DNA of 62,917 bases, counting the filler. It is 4 parts of 4 records of this genome, joined end to end, with 100 filler letters (N's around TTAATTAATTAA, not from the genome) between each part and the next. Parts side by side here need not be neighbours in the genome. Positions count along the whole stretch, not along the records: positions 48,650 to 62,917 come from SRR20825006_1750; 3 more parts are not named here. One strand, given 5' to 3'. Position 1 is the stretch's first letter. Every line of letters begins with the position of its first letter. The notes beneath the pieces were generated by a model, which saw only the letters and a program-made list of their open reading frames with translations, searched no databases and was not told the origin of the DNA. The position numbers and the translations under genes are program-made. Below are positions 59,750 through 62,917 of the stretch, piece after piece.

Positions 59750-60682
59750 ATGAAACTAAAATTATCCCTTCTTTTTTGGGTATGGGCCTGTACATTTATG
59801 TTGGGACAGGAAAGTACCTATTACAATGTGGTTGCCGAGCAGGGCGACGGTATTTTTTCGCTGCTGCGCAAACAAGGTCTTGACCCTGCCAAACACTACG
59901 GGGAGTTTTTGGAATTGAATTCTGATAAAATAACGGAAGGTACTGCCCTCAAACTGGGTGAAGCGTACAGGGTTCCTTATGCGGATGATTCCTTAAAGAA
60001 AACTGGGGTAATGGTCGAGACGGTAAAAGACTCTGAAGCCCCTATTTTTGATAAGGAACTGGCTGAAATGTCCCTTAAAAGTGATAAGCTGAAAGATGCT
60101 GTATACTATCTTATTGCTGAGAATATCTCTGGAACGGAGAATGGTTTTGTGAATGATGTTACACAACGTATTGCAGGAGAATTGATGTTGAATGGAGCCC
60201 ATGTGTATGTCATGGGTGATGACTTGTTACGTGACTCTGAAGACGAAGGAATTTCGGTAGACAATACTTTTGGGGACTATGTACAGGTCATCAATAAAAG
60301 ATACATAAAGAATACTGGAAAATACCAACGGGTTTTGTTGATTCGGGCTGAAAATGTAATCGAGACTGGTAATATGGCAGTGGCTGTGTACCATTATGAT
60401 AAAAGTGCCCAAGGCCAGCGTTTTGCAGAGAATATACAGAATGTGTTTAAGGAGAACAACGTTTCCAGTACTACCATTGATGAATCCAGTTTGGTTTTTG
60501 AGGACAAAAACAGCTTATATTTGGCTACAAACATTCTTCCCGCCATCAGTATAATGACGATAGAGAACACGAGTCGGACATCAAAAAGCAAGATATCACT
60601 CAAACCAAACAAAAAAGAATTTGCCGATCTAATTAGTAATGGCATTATTAATGATTATGTTGATTTAGAATTTGAGAATTAA
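59750..60682 (+). CDS. Degenerate amidase_3 paralog (zinc ligands missing)
   Basis: Aligns by eye end to end with 60683..61705 (GDGIFSLLR, LKDAVYYLI, NTGKYQR, SLYL..NILPA) but lacks the H/E ligands. Confidence 0.75.
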   Translation: MKLKLSLLFWVWACTFMLGQESTYYNVVAEQGDGIFSLLRKQGLDPAKHYGEFLELNSDKITEGTALKLGEAYRVPYADDSLKKTGVMVETVKDSEAPIFDKELAEMSLKSDKLKDAVYYLIAENISGTENGFVNDVTQRIAGELMLNGAHVYVMGDDLLRDSEDEGISVDNTFGDYVQVINKRYIKNTGKYQRVLLIRAENVIETGNMAVAVYHYDKSAQGQRFAENIQNVFKENNVSSTTIDESSLVFEDKNSLYLATNILPAISIMTIENTSRTSKSKISLKPNKKEFADLISNGIINDYVDLEFEN

Positions 60683-61705
60683 ATGAGACTTAATTGGTTT
60701 ACGCCATTGCTGGGCGTTTTGTTTATATTTCAGTCCACCTTATGGGGCCAAGAGGATTTTCCCAAAGTCATGGCGGAAGAAGGTGATGGTATTTATTCGT
60801 TACTGCGAAGACACGGGGTGAGCCCAACAAAACACTACAACAACTTTGTGAAACTAAATGCAGAGGATTTGGGCGAGGATGAATCCTTGATTTTGGGCAG
60901 GCATTATATGCTGCCCGATACTTTGGAAACAAAAACGGTTGAAACGGTGGAAGAGGGAATCACGTACTCCATTTTTGGGGAGGATTTTAAAAAAGTAGAT
61001 AAGGCAAGTTCGCGCTTAAAGAACACCGTGTATTATTTGATTTCTGGCCATGGTGGCCCCGACCCGGGAGCCATAGAAAAACATAATGGAAAATTGATAG
61101 CTGAAGATGAATATGCCTACGATGTGACCTTGCGATTGGCCCGCGAGCTTATATCCCACGGGGCGGAAGTACATATCATTGTCCAAGACGGAAACGATGG
61201 CATTAGGGACAAAAGAATCCTTGAACTGGATACGGACGAAACTGTTCAATCACAGCCTATCCCGCTAGACCAATTGGAGCGTTTGAAGCAACGTACCAAA
61301 GCTGTCAATGATCTATATACAAAGAATACGGGTAAATATCAACGTCTTTTGGTCACCCATGTGGATAGTAGGGGCGAGGGTACCAATATTGATGTATTTT
61401 TCTACCATCACGAAAAGAGTACCAACGGAAAAAGGCTTGCGGAAAGCATTCACCAGACATTTTTGAGGAAGTACAAAAAATTCCAGCCCAACCGATTGTA
61501 CAACGGTACCTTTATGGAAAGAAGCAGTTTGTACGTAGTTAAAAACACGCTTCCGGCCATGGCTTACATTGAAATAGGCAACATCAGAAACAAAAAGGAC
61601 CAACGTAGAATCCTGGACCCCGATAACCGACAGGCATTGGCCAAATGGATTTCCGAGGGGATTTTATTGGATTATGAATCTCCTAAAGAAGCTATTTCAA
61701 AATAA
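60683..61705 (+). CDS. N-acetylmuramoyl-L-alanine amidase (Amidase_3)
   Basis: ISGHGGPDPGA, EDEY, THVDS, YIEIGN. Confidence 0.88.
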   Translation: MRLNWFTPLLGVLFIFQSTLWGQEDFPKVMAEEGDGIYSLLRRHGVSPTKHYNNFVKLNAEDLGEDESLILGRHYMLPDTLETKTVETVEEGITYSIFGEDFKKVDKASSRLKNTVYYLISGHGGPDPGAIEKHNGKLIAEDEYAYDVTLRLARELISHGAEVHIIVQDGNDGIRDKRILELDTDETVQSQPIPLDQLERLKQRTKAVNDLYTKNTGKYQRLLVTHVDSRGEGTNIDVFFYHHEKSTNGKRLAESIHQTFLRKYKKFQPNRLYNGTFMERSSLYVVKNTLPAMAYIEIGNIRNKKDQRRILDPDNRQALAKWISEGILLDYESPKEAISK

Positions 61706-61706
61706 A

Positions 61707-62672
61707 CTAGCAACACCCGCCACCGTTGTAGTGGTATGTACTTTCACTTATAAAGATTTCATCCGAAGCACTAGCCAAGGCAGCAGCTGTTTTGTCACAT
61801 ACCGCCAAAGGTTGGTTTTGTAGTAGTACATGTCCCTTCTTATCATCAAAATATGCCTCGTCTCCAAAATAAATAGCTGTTTTTCCCGTAAAAACGCAGG
61901 GACCATCGGCTGGCATCGGGTCTTTTATGGCGGCTATTTCGATGGATTCAATATGAATGAGCTCTTTGGTGGGGTAATGGTTCGGCGATAACACCCTGTA
62001 CGATCGTTTGCCTCTGATTTCTATGGTGCCAAAACCGGCATCCGTCAACACTTTTACATAATCTTTCAAGGGAATGCTACCGCTCAGACATTGTGCCCTC
62101 AAGCGGTCATCGTTGCGCAGCTCGCCGCTCATGGGCTGCTCGCAAATGGGATCGCTCATCACCAATCTTCCGTGAGGCTTCAGTACGCGGTACATTTCGG
62201 AAACGGCTTTTTTAAGGTCATCTATCTTAAAAATATTGAAAAGGCAATTCTGTGCTGCCACGTCGATACTTTCATCCTCCACGGGAAGGTTCAATGCATC
62301 ACCTTTCACCAAATTCACGTATTCGCTCTTGAACCAATCGTTTTCTTCTTCGGCTATTTTGAAGTTCTTTCGGGAAGCCTCCAACATCTCATCTACGGAA
62401 TCCACCCCGGTTACACCACCCATCTGTCTGGAAAAATAAGAGAATTGCAGCAGTTCCATTCCGCCTCCTACACCAACATATAGAATTTTGGGATTGTTGA
62501 CCAAATCCTGTGCGGAAACGGTGCTTCCACAGCCATAGTTCATCTCTTGCATGATCTTGGGAATGGAAAGCCCGGGGAACTGCCAAATGGGGTTGGTGGT
62601 GCAGCAAAGCCCCACATCGGGTGTTAGGGCCGCTTGTTTGTATAGGTCTTGGGTGGCGTCTAAATAGCTCAT
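61707..62672 (-). CDS. arsM: ArsM-like SAM-dependent arsenite methyltransferase (arsenosugar-cluster type)
   Basis: LCCT, NYGCG, YVGVGGG SAM motif, NCLFN, CLSG, C-terminal GGGCC; ATG at 62672. Confidence 0.75.
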   Translation of the reverse strand: MSYLDATQDLYKQAALTPDVGLCCTTNPIWQFPGLSIPKIMQEMNYGCGSTVSAQDLVNNPKILYVGVGGGMELLQFSYFSRQMGGVTGVDSVDEMLEASRKNFKIAEEENDWFKSEYVNLVKGDALNLPVEDESIDVAAQNCLFNIFKIDDLKKAVSEMYRVLKPHGRLVMSDPICEQPMSGELRNDDRLRAQCLSGSIPLKDYVKVLTDAGFGTIEIRGKRSYRVLSPNHYPTKELIHIESIEIAAIKDPMPADGPCVFTGKTAIYFGDEAYFDDKKGHVLLQNQPLAVCDKTAAALASASDEIFISESTYHYNGGGCC

Positions 62673-62917
62673 AGTTCTTTGATTAGTTCTTTGAATAGTT
62701 TGATCATTTTGGGTTCCGTTTGCCCTGCAATCTTCAAAATTTCCTGTACTTCGACAGGTTGCAGGTTGTCGGGGTCGCATTCATCGGTCAATACCGATAC
62801 CGCTACAATGGGTAGTCGTAAATGATTCGCAACAATTACCTCGGGGACGGTGCTCATTCCCACGGCGTCGGCACCCATGATCTTGAGCATTCGGTATTCT
62901 GCCTTGGTTTCCAGTTG
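62669..62917 (-). CDS. Purine-nucleoside phosphorylase, C-terminal part
   Basis: GADAVGMSTVPEVIVA; runs off the window end. Confidence 0.88.
   Translation of the reverse strand, partial: QLETKAEYRMLKIMGADAVGMSTVPEVIVANHLRLPIVAVSVLTDECDPDNLQPVEVQEILKIAGQTEPKMIKLFKELIKEL

Overview
This window is not one continuous locus. It holds four Flavobacteriaceae-type (Bacteroidota) contigs joined by artificial 100-nt N/TTAATTAATTAA linkers: A 1-18470, B 18571-41225, C 41326-48549, D 48650-62917. A and B each carry their own comM and D is visibly more GC-rich, so they probably come from different genomes. A: Na+/solute symporter, comM, pxpABC, a muramidase pair, a four-gene signalling cassette, GH20, lon, cmk, MFS, partial rpsA. 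B: pfkA-gap-kinase-pgi, comM, a vWA/hypothetical operon, a second divergent copy of the same cassette, M16 protease, rluA-family gene, panB, serine dehydratase, umuDC, partial dnaK. C: RND efflux operon with an upstream ORF, and a Cys-rich four-helix protein. D: arginine genes, glycosyltransferase/redox genes, an amidase pair, arsM-like methyltransferase, partial PNP. The best candidate for an undescribed system is the cassette seen independently in A and B: small N..PP-tailed protein + stand-alone 7-TM protein + sensor-less HisKA_3 kinase + NarL-type regulator. Other highlights: an unannotated 27-aa RRRRP leader peptide upstream of the arg operon, a duplicated GAA/AGUA-containing 5' leader in the vWA operon, a putative signal-peptide-bearing leader ORF before the RND pump, sigma54-like promoters at lon and dnaK, a UmuD lacking its catalytic residues, and an rluA-family gene with no canonical start codon. 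All family assignments come from motif recognition by eye; no database search was run.
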